A stretch of DNA of 20,000 nt, taken from the NCBI GenBank assembly GCA_016218805.1, contig JACRCW010000109.1, positions 48,973-68,972 on the forward strand, in the 5' to 3' direction. Source of the stretch: Deltaproteobacteria bacterium (GTDB lineage: Bacteria > Myxococcota > JACRCW01). Shown piece after piece: positions 8,578 to 17,042 of this stretch (position 1 is its first letter; each line of letters opens with the position of its first letter). The notes beneath the pieces were generated by a model that worked only from the letters and a program-made list of their open reading frames with translations, was not told the origin of the DNA and searched no databases. The position numbers and the translations under genes are program-made.

Positions 8578-11034
8578 TTGAGTACGCCCCTCGCCCTCCT
8601 CGTGTCGCTCGCCCTGGCGCAGGTGCCCCTGGTGGCGCCGCCGGACAATCAGCCGCCTGAGGAGAAACAGAAACCCGCCCAGGAGCCCAAGAAGACGCCC
8701 GCGGCCACGCCGCCCGCGGAGGCACCCGCGGCACCGGCTCCCAAGCCGCCGCTGGCGCAACCGCCGCCCGCGCAGGGTGGTCCGGTGACGTCGGGCTCGC
8801 CGCTGGTGGACCGCCTGCTGCAGCTGCTGCCGCAGGAGCCGCAGGAGGACACCACCAACCAGTGGCCCGTGTTGCAGCCGGGGGACCCACGGCCGGTGAT
8901 CTCGTTCCGGTTTGACTACGAGGACTGGCTCAACGCCACCTACTTCCGCGAAGAGACCCTCCGCTCGTTTGTCCAACACCCGCTGGGCGTGCCGGTTCAG
9001 CCCGCCGCGGTCAACGCGGACGCCCGTTACGTCGCGCAGCAGTACAAGCTGCGCGGCTACTCCCGCGCGGCGGTGAAATGGGGCGTTGAGCAGACGGACC
9101 GCGGTGACGTGATCGTGTTCGCGGTGTCCGCCGGGTCACGCGGACAGCTCAAGCAGGTGGACACCTCCGGCAACGTGAAGGTGCCAACGGAGGCGCTCAT
9201 CCAGGGGCTGTTCCACCGGCCGCTCAACGTGTTCGCGCTGCTGAACTTTGCGGACCGCGGCGGCGTGTACCACGCGGGCTACATTGAGCAGGACATCCGG
9301 CAGGTGCAGAAGAACTACGCGGACCACGGCTACCTGGCGGCGCAGGTGCTGGACGCGCGCATCTTTGCGCTGGATGCGGAGGGCAAAGACCTGCGCCTGG
9401 TGTTTGACGTGCGGGACGGCGCGCTGTTCCACATGGGCCTCATCCGCCTTTCCGGCCAACTGCCCGTCTCTGAGCGCGACTGCCGCTCGTTGCTGGGGAT
9501 GAACACGGGTTCGCCGGCGGAGCTGCGCGTGCTGGACGCCGGCGTGGAGCGCATCCTGGATGAATGGCGCAACCGCGGCTTTGCCAACGCGCGCGCCACC
9601 CAGGAGCGGCGCGTGCGTGAGACGCAGCACCTGCTGGACGTGATGGTGAAGTTTGAGAAGGGCCCGGTCACGCGCGTGGGCCAGATCCGCGTCGTGGGGG
9701 ATCCCACCACGTCAGACCACGTCATCAAGCGGGACGTGGCGGTGCGGGAGGGCCAGGTCTATTCGCTGCGCGCGCTCAAGCTCACCGAGGAGCGCCTGAT
9801 GTACACGGGCCTGTTCACCAAGGTGACCGCGCGCCCGGTGACCACGCCGGACCCGTCCGTGGTGGACGTGGAAGTGGAAGTGGTGGAGCAGCAGAGCTGG
9901 TATTTCTCCATCGCGCCGTCGTGGATTCCGGGGGAAGGCCTGGTGGGCCTGGGGTTTGTGGGCTTCCGCAACCTGTGGCTGCCGGACCTGTGGTCCGGGA
10001 GCATCAAGCCGCGCGGGCAGGCGCTGCGGCTCAACGCGCAGGGGATCCTGAGCCAGCGGCGGCAGACGGGCCGCGTGGACGTGGAGGACCCGCGCTTCCT
10101 GGACACGCGCCTGTCCGTGGGCGGCAACGTGCACCGGGACCGCTACGTGTACCCGGAGTTCAGCCAGGTGCGGACGGGCGGCGCCATCCAGGTGGGGTAC
10201 CCGCTCATTGAGTACACGCACCTGTCCATGGGCTACGGGCTGGAGCGCGTGGACTTTGACGCGTCCGGTCCCATCCGCGCGTTTGCCGGGTCCGCGCGCT
10301 TCCCGGACCACAAGCGGCGTGCGTCGCTGCGGTTGGACGCGGCGTATGACCGCAGGGACAACGTGCTGTTCCCCACGCGCGGCCTGCTGCTGTCCGCGTC
10401 GGTGGAGTACGGCAGCGCGCTGCTGCTGGGTGAAATGTCCTTCATGACGGTGTCCGCCAACGCGCGCTTCTACTTCCCAATGCCGTTTGGCTTTGTGCTG
10501 AAGAACAACACGGCGGGCGCGGTGGCGTTTGACCCGCACGGCGGCGTCATCCCCGTCAGTGAGCGCTTCTATGAAGGCGGCCCCATCCAGTCGGTGCGCG
10601 GCTACCTGTGGCAGTCCATCTCGCCGGTGACCACGCTGGGAGACCCCACGCGCCCGGACAGCGAGCAGATCAACGTGCGCCTGGGCGGCAACACACGCCT
10701 GCTCAACAACCTGGAGCTGGAGACGCCGCCCATTCCCATCTTCCCCATGCTGCCCCTCAAGCTGTTCGTGTTCCTGGACGCGGGCAACACCTGGTCGGAA
10801 AAGGAACGGCCGTTCTTCCTGGGCCGGGTGCGTTCGCTGTCTGACGTGGGCGGCATGGTGCTGGCGTCACGCGAGGGCGTGGACCTGCCCCTGGGCATGT
10901 TCTACAGCGTGGGCGTGGGCGGCATGCTGGCCACGGCGCTGTTCCCGCTGCGGATTGACTTCACCGTGCCGCTGACGCGCCGCCCGCAGGATGAACTGGT
11001 GAACTTCTTTGTGTCCGCCGGCAGCCCGTTCTGA
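8578..11034 (+). CDS. Omp85/BamA-family outer membrane protein (POTRA domains plus beta barrel)
   Basis: Signal peptide, POTRA-like repeats (Y..RGY..A.V, Y.DHGYLAA.V, W.NRGFANA, IRVVG...TSDHVIKR...L..TGLF..V), YDRRDNVLFPTRG, ERFYEGG...SVRGY loop-6 motif, FLDAGNTW, terminal Phe. The TTG start is uncertain. Confidence 0.9.
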   Translation: MSTPLALLVSLALAQVPLVAPPDNQPPEEKQKPAQEPKKTPAATPPAEAPAAPAPKPPLAQPPPAQGGPVTSGSPLVDRLLQLLPQEPQEDTTNQWPVLQPGDPRPVISFRFDYEDWLNATYFREETLRSFVQHPLGVPVQPAAVNADARYVAQQYKLRGYSRAAVKWGVEQTDRGDVIVFAVSAGSRGQLKQVDTSGNVKVPTEALIQGLFHRPLNVFALLNFADRGGVYHAGYIEQDIRQVQKNYADHGYLAAQVLDARIFALDAEGKDLRLVFDVRDGALFHMGLIRLSGQLPVSERDCRSLLGMNTGSPAELRVLDAGVERILDEWRNRGFANARATQERRVRETQHLLDVMVKFEKGPVTRVGQIRVVGDPTTSDHVIKRDVAVREGQVYSLRALKLTEERLMYTGLFTKVTARPVTTPDPSVVDVEVEVVEQQSWYFSIAPSWIPGEGLVGLGFVGFRNLWLPDLWSGSIKPRGQALRLNAQGILSQRRQTGRVDVEDPRFLDTRLSVGGNVHRDRYVYPEFSQVRTGGAIQVGYPLIEYTHLSMGYGLERVDFDASGPIRAFAGSARFPDHKRRASLRLDAAYDRRDNVLFPTRGLLLSASVEYGSALLLGEMSFMTVSANARFYFPMPFGFVLKNNTAGAVAFDPHGGVIPVSERFYEGGPIQSVRGYLWQSISPVTTLGDPTRPDSEQINVRLGGNTRLLNNLELETPPIPIFPMLPLKLFVFLDAGNTWSEKERPFFLGRVRSLSDVGGMVLASREGVDLPLGMFYSVGVGGMLATALFPLRIDFTVPLTRRPQDELVNFFVSAGSPF

Positions 11035-11070
11035 CTGCGGCGTTCCGCCTCTCCCGCGGGGAGCCGGACC

Positions 11071-11079
11071 TGCTAAGCT
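11071..11079 (+). promoter_or_regulatory. Possible extended -10 promoter element (TG-c-TAAGCT) for the matrixin operon
   Basis: TGnTAnnnT match in the 70-bp gap, about 25 nt before ATG 11105. No clear -35 element. Confidence 0.35.
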
Positions 11080-11104
11080 CGCGCGCCGATCATTCGAGGC
11101 GGTG

Positions 11105-12283
11105 ATGCGCATGTCGCGTTCGTGTCGTTGGGTTCCCGTCGTCGCACTGGCGTTGCTGCTGCCCGCGCAGGCCCACGCCTTCAAGCTGCTGGGCGGCCAC
11201 TGGGCGGTGGAGGAAGGACCGGTGGAGTACACGGTGTCAGCCACCGGGTCGGACAACATTGCGGACGACAGCGACACGCAGGCCATCATCCGCAGCTTCC
11301 AGACCTGGGAGTGCGTGCTGTGCTCCAACGTGCAGTTCCGCTACATGGGTGATGGTCCCAATGAGGTGGCCACCGACGGCAAGAACGCCATGTTCTTCCT
11401 GGAGGACGCCACCGCCTGGCAGGACCAGACGGGCGCGTCGCTGGACGTCACGCTGGGCGTGACCATCCACTTTGACCTGGAGACGTATTCGGAGGCGGAC
11501 ATTGCCTTCAACGGCGCCGGGTTTGACTGGAGCACGGATGAGCAGATCACCAACGTGGACGTGGAGAGCGTGAGCCTGCATGAGACGGGGCACTTTGCGG
11601 GGCTGGGCCACCCGTGCACGGACGAAGCGGAGACCGACTGCCTGCCCGACAACGTGGCGATCATGGCGCCCGCGTGGAGCGGCGGCAACGCGCGCACCCC
11701 GCTGGACGACGACACGGCCGGCCTGTGCGCCGTCTACACGACCCCCAAGACGGCGTGTTCCGGCAAGAAGCGGCTCAAGGAAGAGTGTGAGCGGGACTGT
11801 GACTGCGAAACCGGCCTGCTGTGCGTTCCCGACGGGGACAAGCGCATGTGCAGCCGCCCGTGCGGGACGGGCCTGCTGGCGTGCCCGCGCGGCACGGGCT
11901 GCGTGCTGGGCCTGGACGGGCAGGGTGACCGGGGGCTGTGCCTGCGCAACCCGGAGGGCTCCACGCAGCGCATGGACGGCGCCTCCTGCAGCCGTGACCT
12001 GGAATGCGTGGCGGGGAGCTGCCGGCGCTCGGGCGTGCTCAACCGCAACGTGTGCGCGCACAGCTGCAACGCGGATGACCAGTGCAGCCCTGGCTACCGG
12101 TGCTCGGACAACCTGTGTCTCATCCCCAGTGCCGGGGAAGGCGTCCCGTGCCCGCCGGATACGGAGGAGCGCCCGCGCTTCCTGCCGCCCGGCTGCGTGT
12201 GCCGCGCCACGGGCCCTGAAGCGCTGGGCGTGTGGGTGGCTGTGCTCCTCATGTGGCGCCGTCGCATCCGTCAAAGATCGTAG
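11105..12283 (+). CDS. Matrixin-family (M10-like) zinc metalloprotease with Cys-rich repeats and MYXO-CTERM-like anchor
   Basis: Signal peptide ending AHA, EADIAFNG, HETGHFAGLGH (11579-11611), AIM Met-turn, L..DD..GL..VY, Cys-rich C-terminal half, GCVC-TM-RRR tail. Start is 11105 or 11111. Confidence 0.88.
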   Translation: MRMSRSCRWVPVVALALLLPAQAHAFKLLGGHWAVEEGPVEYTVSATGSDNIADDSDTQAIIRSFQTWECVLCSNVQFRYMGDGPNEVATDGKNAMFFLEDATAWQDQTGASLDVTLGVTIHFDLETYSEADIAFNGAGFDWSTDEQITNVDVESVSLHETGHFAGLGHPCTDEAETDCLPDNVAIMAPAWSGGNARTPLDDDTAGLCAVYTTPKTACSGKKRLKEECERDCDCETGLLCVPDGDKRMCSRPCGTGLLACPRGTGCVLGLDGQGDRGLCLRNPEGSTQRMDGASCSRDLECVAGSCRRSGVLNRNVCAHSCNADDQCSPGYRCSDNLCLIPSAGEGVPCPPDTEERPRFLPPGCVCRATGPEALGVWVAVLLMWRRRIRQRS

Positions 12284-12349
12284 GGCCCTGCCCTTTCCGG
12301 CGGCACGGGCGCCGTGAACAATCCACCACCGTTCTAGGAGGTTTTTCCG

Positions 12350-12994
12350 ATGCGAGTGTCCCTGAGCAGGGTGTTGGCCGCGGCCGCGGTGTTCGCGCTG
12401 GGCCTGGCGGCGCCAGCGCACGCCACCGTGGTGGTGCAGTCGTCGCTGGAGGAGATGACACAGAAGAGTGACGTGGTGGTCCACGCGGTGGTGGAAGAGG
12501 TGACGGTGACCACCGGCGAAGGCGGACGCATCCTGACGCTGTCCCGCCTGCGCGTGAAGGACGGTCTCAAGGGCAAGGCCGGCGCGGGGGACACGCTGGC
12601 GCTCTACCAGGTGGGCGGCACGCACCAGGGGCGCGTGGCCAACATCGTCGGCGTCAGCCGGTTCCACGTGGGTGAGGAGGTGGTGCTGTTTGCGGACACC
12701 TTCATTGCCACGGAGACCATCCGCTACCTGCAGCAGGAGAAGAAGGCGGAGGTGCCGTCCGCCACGCTCAACCCCACGGCGGGCTGGGTGGTGACCTACG
12801 GCATTGGGCTGGGGAAGTTTGCGGTGGAGCGCGGCGGCAGCGTCCCGCAGGCGGTGGAGGAAGTGGGTGACGTGGTGGTGGTGACGCCGGGCCGGGGCAT
12901 GAGCGTGTTGGGGCAGCCCTCCCTGACGCGGCAGCCGCTGGACGTCTTCAAGACCGAAGTCCGGCGCATGGCGGCAGCCGGGAGGGTTCCATGA
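12350..12994 (+). CDS. Secreted protein, probable TIMP/NTR-like OB-fold
   Basis: AGGAGG RBS, signal peptide ending AHA, then SLEEMTQKSDVVVHAVV, LRVKDGLKG, GG and F.VGEEVVLF patterns. Stop overlaps the next start (ATGA). The fold call is an inference. Confidence 0.7.
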   Translation: MRVSLSRVLAAAAVFALGLAAPAHATVVVQSSLEEMTQKSDVVVHAVVEEVTVTTGEGGRILTLSRLRVKDGLKGKAGAGDTLALYQVGGTHQGRVANIVGVSRFHVGEEVVLFADTFIATETIRYLQQEKKAEVPSATLNPTAGWVVTYGIGLGKFAVERGGSVPQAVEEVGDVVVVTPGRGMSVLGQPSLTRQPLDVFKTEVRRMAAAGRVP

Positions 12995-15090
12995 CGCGGC
13001 ACGCCCTCAGGGCTCTGGTGGTGGCGGGCGCCGTCCTGGCGCCCGCGCTGGCCGGTGCCCAGCAGTACCGGTTCCTGTGCAACGGCATGGACGCCTCCGG
13101 TCAGGTGGACAACGACGGGTGCGGTACGTGCAGCTCCGCCACCGCCCCGCGTTGGGTGCCGGCGCTGGGCCAGTTCCGCTTTGACCTGTCCACCGTCCCG
13201 TCGGGGATGACGGGGTCGGACTGGAACGCGGCGGTGCAGCACTGCCTGACCGCGTGGAACTCGGTGGCCGGCTCCACGCTGCAACTGCAGAACATTGGCG
13301 CCACCACGGGGCGGCGGTTTGGCACGGACAACGCCAACCATGAAATCTTCTGGATAACCAATGACAGCGAGTGGCAGACCAAGGTGGGCGGCGGCATCCA
13401 GGGCGCGCTGGGCGTCACGCTGCCCCTGTACTACTGCGCCAACGGCGGCAATCCCGGCGAACTGTACGACGCCGACATGGCGCTCAACGGCACGCCGGCC
13501 AGCCAGTTCCAGTGGGGCTGCTCCACGGCCTACTGCAGCGACGCAACCTCCACGCTGCTGCACGAGCTGGGGCACGCCTTTGGCCTGGGCCACCCGTGCA
13601 CGCAGTGCTCGCAGGTGATGAGCGCGCAGGCCGGGTATGACCCCATCTACCCGCAGGACGGTGACGTCCAGGGCATCACGTCGTTGTACCCGGGCACACC
13701 GGGCGGCACCGGCTACGGCTGCACCACGGACGGCAACTGCTCCGGTGGCCGGCGCTGCATCCAGGTGACGGCCACGTCGGGCACCGTCAAGTACTGCTCA
13801 GAGGCGTGCACCACCACCTGCCCCACCGGGTTCACCTGCGAAAACGTCCCCAACTTTGGCCAGTACTGCACGTTTGTGGGCGGGACGGCGGCCACGCCCG
13901 TGGGTGAGGGCGAGAACTGCGCGCAGCGTCCCTGCCAGGCGGGCCTGCTGTGCGCCGGCAGCGCCAACGAATACACCTGCTACAAGCAGTGCAACCCGGG
14001 CAGCTGCGCGGCCAATCAGAGTTGCACGCAGCTGGACGCACAGACCAGCATCTGTCTCACCACCTCCGGCAGCGCGGGGCTGGGCCAGCTGTGCACCGGT
14101 CAGAATCTCTGCCAGAGCGGTCTGGTCTGCCTGGTGGCCAACCAGGGTGACACCACGGGTAAGTGCTACAAAGAGTGCACGGCGGACAGCCAGTGCACGG
14201 CCACGGAGGCTTGCGCACCGCTGACGGGCGGCAGCGGCGCGTGCTTCCCCGCGGTCGCCGTCGGCGAAGACTGCACCAACGCGGTGTGCCGCCAGGGCCT
14301 GCTGTGCGTCCGGGACACGGCCACCAACGCGCACTGCTACATTGACTGCAGCACCGCCGCCTGCCCCAACAACATGGTGTGTAACACCTACAACCAGGGC
14401 ACCGCAGACCAGTTCTCGCTGTGCGAGGCCCAGTCCACCTCGTCCAGCTCGTCCAGCTCCACGGGCGGCACCAGCAGCTCTTCCAGCTCCACCGGCGGCA
14501 CCAGCACCTCCTCCAGCACCTCCGGCGGGACGTCCGGGACCAGTGGCACCAGTGGCACCTCCGGCACCAGCGGCACTTCCGGCACCAGCGGCACGTCCTC
14601 GGGTGGCACCGGGCAGGGCGGCGCCTGCGGCGTGGATGGGGATTGCCAGAGCGGGTTGTCGTGCGTGTCCACCTCCAACCAGGGGCGCATCTGCGTGTCG
14701 TCCTGTGACCCGCGCGTGGGCCACTATGACTGCCCCAATGACACCGGCTGCGTGCCCAATGACCAGTTCAACCTCGGGTCGGGCGGCAAGTGCATGCCGG
14801 GCGCCATCGGCAACGGTGACGTGGGTGACTCGTGCACGTCGGGCGCGGACTGCAAGTTTGGCATCTGCCTGGATGGTGCCTGCACGCTGTGGTGCCAGGA
14901 CGGCACCTGCACGCGCAAGAGCTACACGTGTGACAAGTCTGACGGCGTGGAGCCGGGCGTGTGCAAGCCCAGCGCGTCCGGCGGCATGCCCTTCAAGTGC
15001 AGCCACGCCGACACGACGCGCGGCCTGCCCGCGGGCGGCCTGCTTGCCGCCGCATTCCTGCTGCTCATCCGCCGCCGTCGCGCGGCCTGA
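12991..15090 (+). CDS. Matrixin-family (M10-like) zinc metalloprotease with many Cys-rich repeats, Ser/Thr/Gly linker and MYXO-CTERM-like anchor
   Basis: Signal peptide, ALGVT, [19 protein letters not shown] (13561-13593), QVM Met-turn, GD.QGI..LY, repeated G..C....C..GL.C modules, FKC...TM-RRRR tail. Confidence 0.88.
   Translation: [699 protein letters not shown]
14434..14613 (+). repeat. Low-complexity Ser/Thr/Gly coding repeat, including a (GTS)n run
   Basis: [57 protein letters not shown], with synonymously varied 9-bp units. Confidence 0.9.
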
Positions 15091-15907
15091 GCGCCACAAT
15101 CCGCTCATAGACGGACGACCGCGCGACGCGGTGTTCCTTGGCCAGGCGGCGGGCCAGCGCGGAGGGCGGCTCGCCGGCGGCCAGGCCGGCGCGCACCGCG
15201 GCCTCCAGCGCGTCCGCATCCGCGGCGGCCTCCGGCGCGCCTTCCACCACGATCACCGCCTCCCCCAGCAGCACGTGCTCTGCCGCTGCCAGCTCCGCCA
15301 GCGTCCCGCGCCGCACCTCCTCGTGCAGCTTGGTCAGTTCACGGCACACGGCCGCGCGCCGGTCACCCAGGCCCTCCCGCAGTGCCGCCAGCGCGGCGGG
15401 GACCTCTCGGGCGGGCGCGTAGAACACCAGCGTGGCGGCCAGCGCGGACAGTTCATCCAGCAGCGCCAGGCGCCGCGCCGGCCGGTCCGGCAGGAACCCC
15501 GCAAAGAAGAAGCGCGCGGTGGGCAGTCCCGCCACGCACAGCGCCGCCAGCAGTGCGGAGGGGCCCGGCACGGAGACCACGGGCAGGCCGCGCTCGGCGG
15601 CGCGGCGCACCACGGGAAACCCCGGGTCGCTCAGCAGCGGCGTCCCCGCGTCTGAGATCAGCGCCACCACGCGGCCGGCGGCCACTTCATCCAGCAGGGC
15701 ATCCGCGGCGCGGTCCTCATTGTGGTCGTGCAGCGCCACGCGGCGGCCACGCGCGCCCGCGTGGGACAGCAGCGGCGCGGATGTGCGGGTGTCCTCGCAG
15801 GCAATGACGTCCGCCTCCGCCAGCACCTGCGCCGCGCGAGCCCCCAGGTCCTGGAGGTTCCCGATGGGCGTGGCCACCACGTAGAGCGCGGGCGTGAGCG
15901 CCTTCAC
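15065..15907 (-). CDS. rsmI: 16S rRNA (cytidine1402-2'-O)-methyltransferase
   Basis: LYVVATPIGNLQD, IACEDTR, LISDAGTPLLSDPG, VPGPSA, F.GFLP, RELTKLHEE. GTG start overlaps the yraN TGA. Confidence 0.96.
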   Translation of the reverse strand: MKALTPALYVVATPIGNLQDLGARAAQVLAEADVIACEDTRTSAPLLSHAGARGRRVALHDHNEDRAADALLDEVAAGRVVALISDAGTPLLSDPGFPVVRRAAERGLPVVSVPGPSALLAALCVAGLPTARFFFAGFLPDRPARRLALLDELSALAATLVFYAPAREVPAALAALREGLGDRRAAVCRELTKLHEEVRRGTLAELAAAEHVLLGEAVIVVEGAPEAAADADALEAAVRAGLAAGEPPSALARRLAKEHRVARSSVYERIVALRPRDGGG

Positions 15908-16299
15908 GTGTCCGCCTCCGGACGGAACGCGTCCGGCACGTGCACCCACGGTGCGCCCGCCCCGTCGCGGCACAGCGCATCAAACCGGACCGGCCCGTCC
16001 AGCGCGTGCTCGTGCAGCCAGCGGCGCGCGGCCACCACAATGCGCCGGGCCTTGCGCGGCGTGACGGCCTCCGCGGCGGTGCCAAACACCGCGCTCCCGC
16101 GCGCCTTGACCTCCACAAAGCAGCAGGTGTCGCCATCCATGGCCACAATGTCCGCCTCACCGCCGCGCACCGTGTAGTTGACCGCCAGCACCGTCCAGCC
16201 GCGCGCCTCCAGGAACGCGCGCGCGTCCGCCTCCTGGCGCGCGCCCACGCGGCGGTGGCTGCGCTCACCGGTGCGCCCGCGGGACGCCGCCGGGCTCAC
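15904..16299 (-). CDS. yraN: YraN family (UPF0102) PD-(D/E)xK nuclease-like protein
   Basis: G...E..A..FL...G..VL..N....GGEADIV......FVEVKAR...FG...EAVT..K, VRFD, terminal DAF. Confidence 0.93.
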   Translation of the reverse strand: MSPAASRGRTGERSHRRVGARQEADARAFLEARGWTVLAVNYTVRGGEADIVAMDGDTCCFVEVKARGSAVFGTAAEAVTPRKARRIVVAARRWLHEHALDGPVRFDALCRDGAGAPWVHVPDAFRPEADT

Positions 16300-17042
16300 G
16301 CTAAGGCCTCCGCCGCGGCCACGGCGGACGGCAGCGGCGGCCAGCGGCCGGTCTCCAGGAAGGTGCGCACCGGTTCAAACGAGCGGCGGTGGTGCGCGCA
16401 GGGACCGTGCGCCACCAGCGCGCGCAGGTGGTCCGCAGTGCCGTACCCCTTGTGGCGGTCAAACCCGTACTGCGGATGTTGCAGGTGCAGGTCCGCCAGC
16501 AGCCCGTCCCGGTGCTCCTTGGCCAGGATGGACGCAGCGCCCACCGCCTGGCAGCGCGCGTCCCCGTCCACCAGCGCGTGCTGCGCCAGCGCCAGGGACG
16601 GCACCAGGTCACGCCCGTCCACCACCACCACGCAGGGAGGTTCGCCGGCCATGCGCCAGGCGGACCCCACCGCGCGGCGCATCGCCTCCAGCGTGGCCAT
16701 GCGGATGCCCGTGGCGTCAATCTCGTCCACGGTGGCCATGCCCAGCGCGTGCCCCAGCGCCACCGCGCGGATGGGATCCAGCATCTCCTGCCGCCGGGCG
16801 GCCGTGAGCGCCTTGCTGTCGGTGAACCCGTCGGGCAGCTCGTCCTCCACGCGGAAGGCCACCGCGCCCGTCACCACGGGCCCGGCCAGCGGACCGCGGC
16901 CCACCTCATCCACGCCAATCACCACGCGCACGCGGTGGCGTGCGGCAAACGCCCGTGCCGGGTCCCCGCCCGGGTCCGCCAGCCCGGCCAGCGCCAGCTG
17001 TTCTGCGTCCGGGGTCCCGCGGCGTGAGCGGATGCGGCTCAC
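16296..17042 (-). CDS. rnhB: Ribonuclease HII
   Basis: IGVDEVGRGPLAGPVV, DSKAL, VDG, GD, AASILAK..RD, YGF..HKGYGT, HRRSF.PV. Confidence 0.97.
   Translation of the reverse strand: MSRIRSRRGTPDAEQLALAGLADPGGDPARAFAARHRVRVVIGVDEVGRGPLAGPVVTGAVAFRVEDELPDGFTDSKALTAARRQEMLDPIRAVALGHALGMATVDEIDATGIRMATLEAMRRAVGSAWRMAGEPPCVVVVDGRDLVPSLALAQHALVDGDARCQAVGAASILAKEHRDGLLADLHLQHPQYGFDRHKGYGTADHLRALVAHGPCAHHRRSFEPVRTFLETGRWPPLPSAVAAAEALA

Noticed and set aside
8456..8890. N-terminal part of the 265-aa minus-strand ORF
   Set aside because: It overlaps the Omp85 gene. The AGGAGG RBS supports the start at 8455.
11051..11063. CTCCC-GCG-GGGAG hairpin as an intrinsic terminator after the Omp85 gene
   Set aside because: Only a 5-bp stem with no U-tract.
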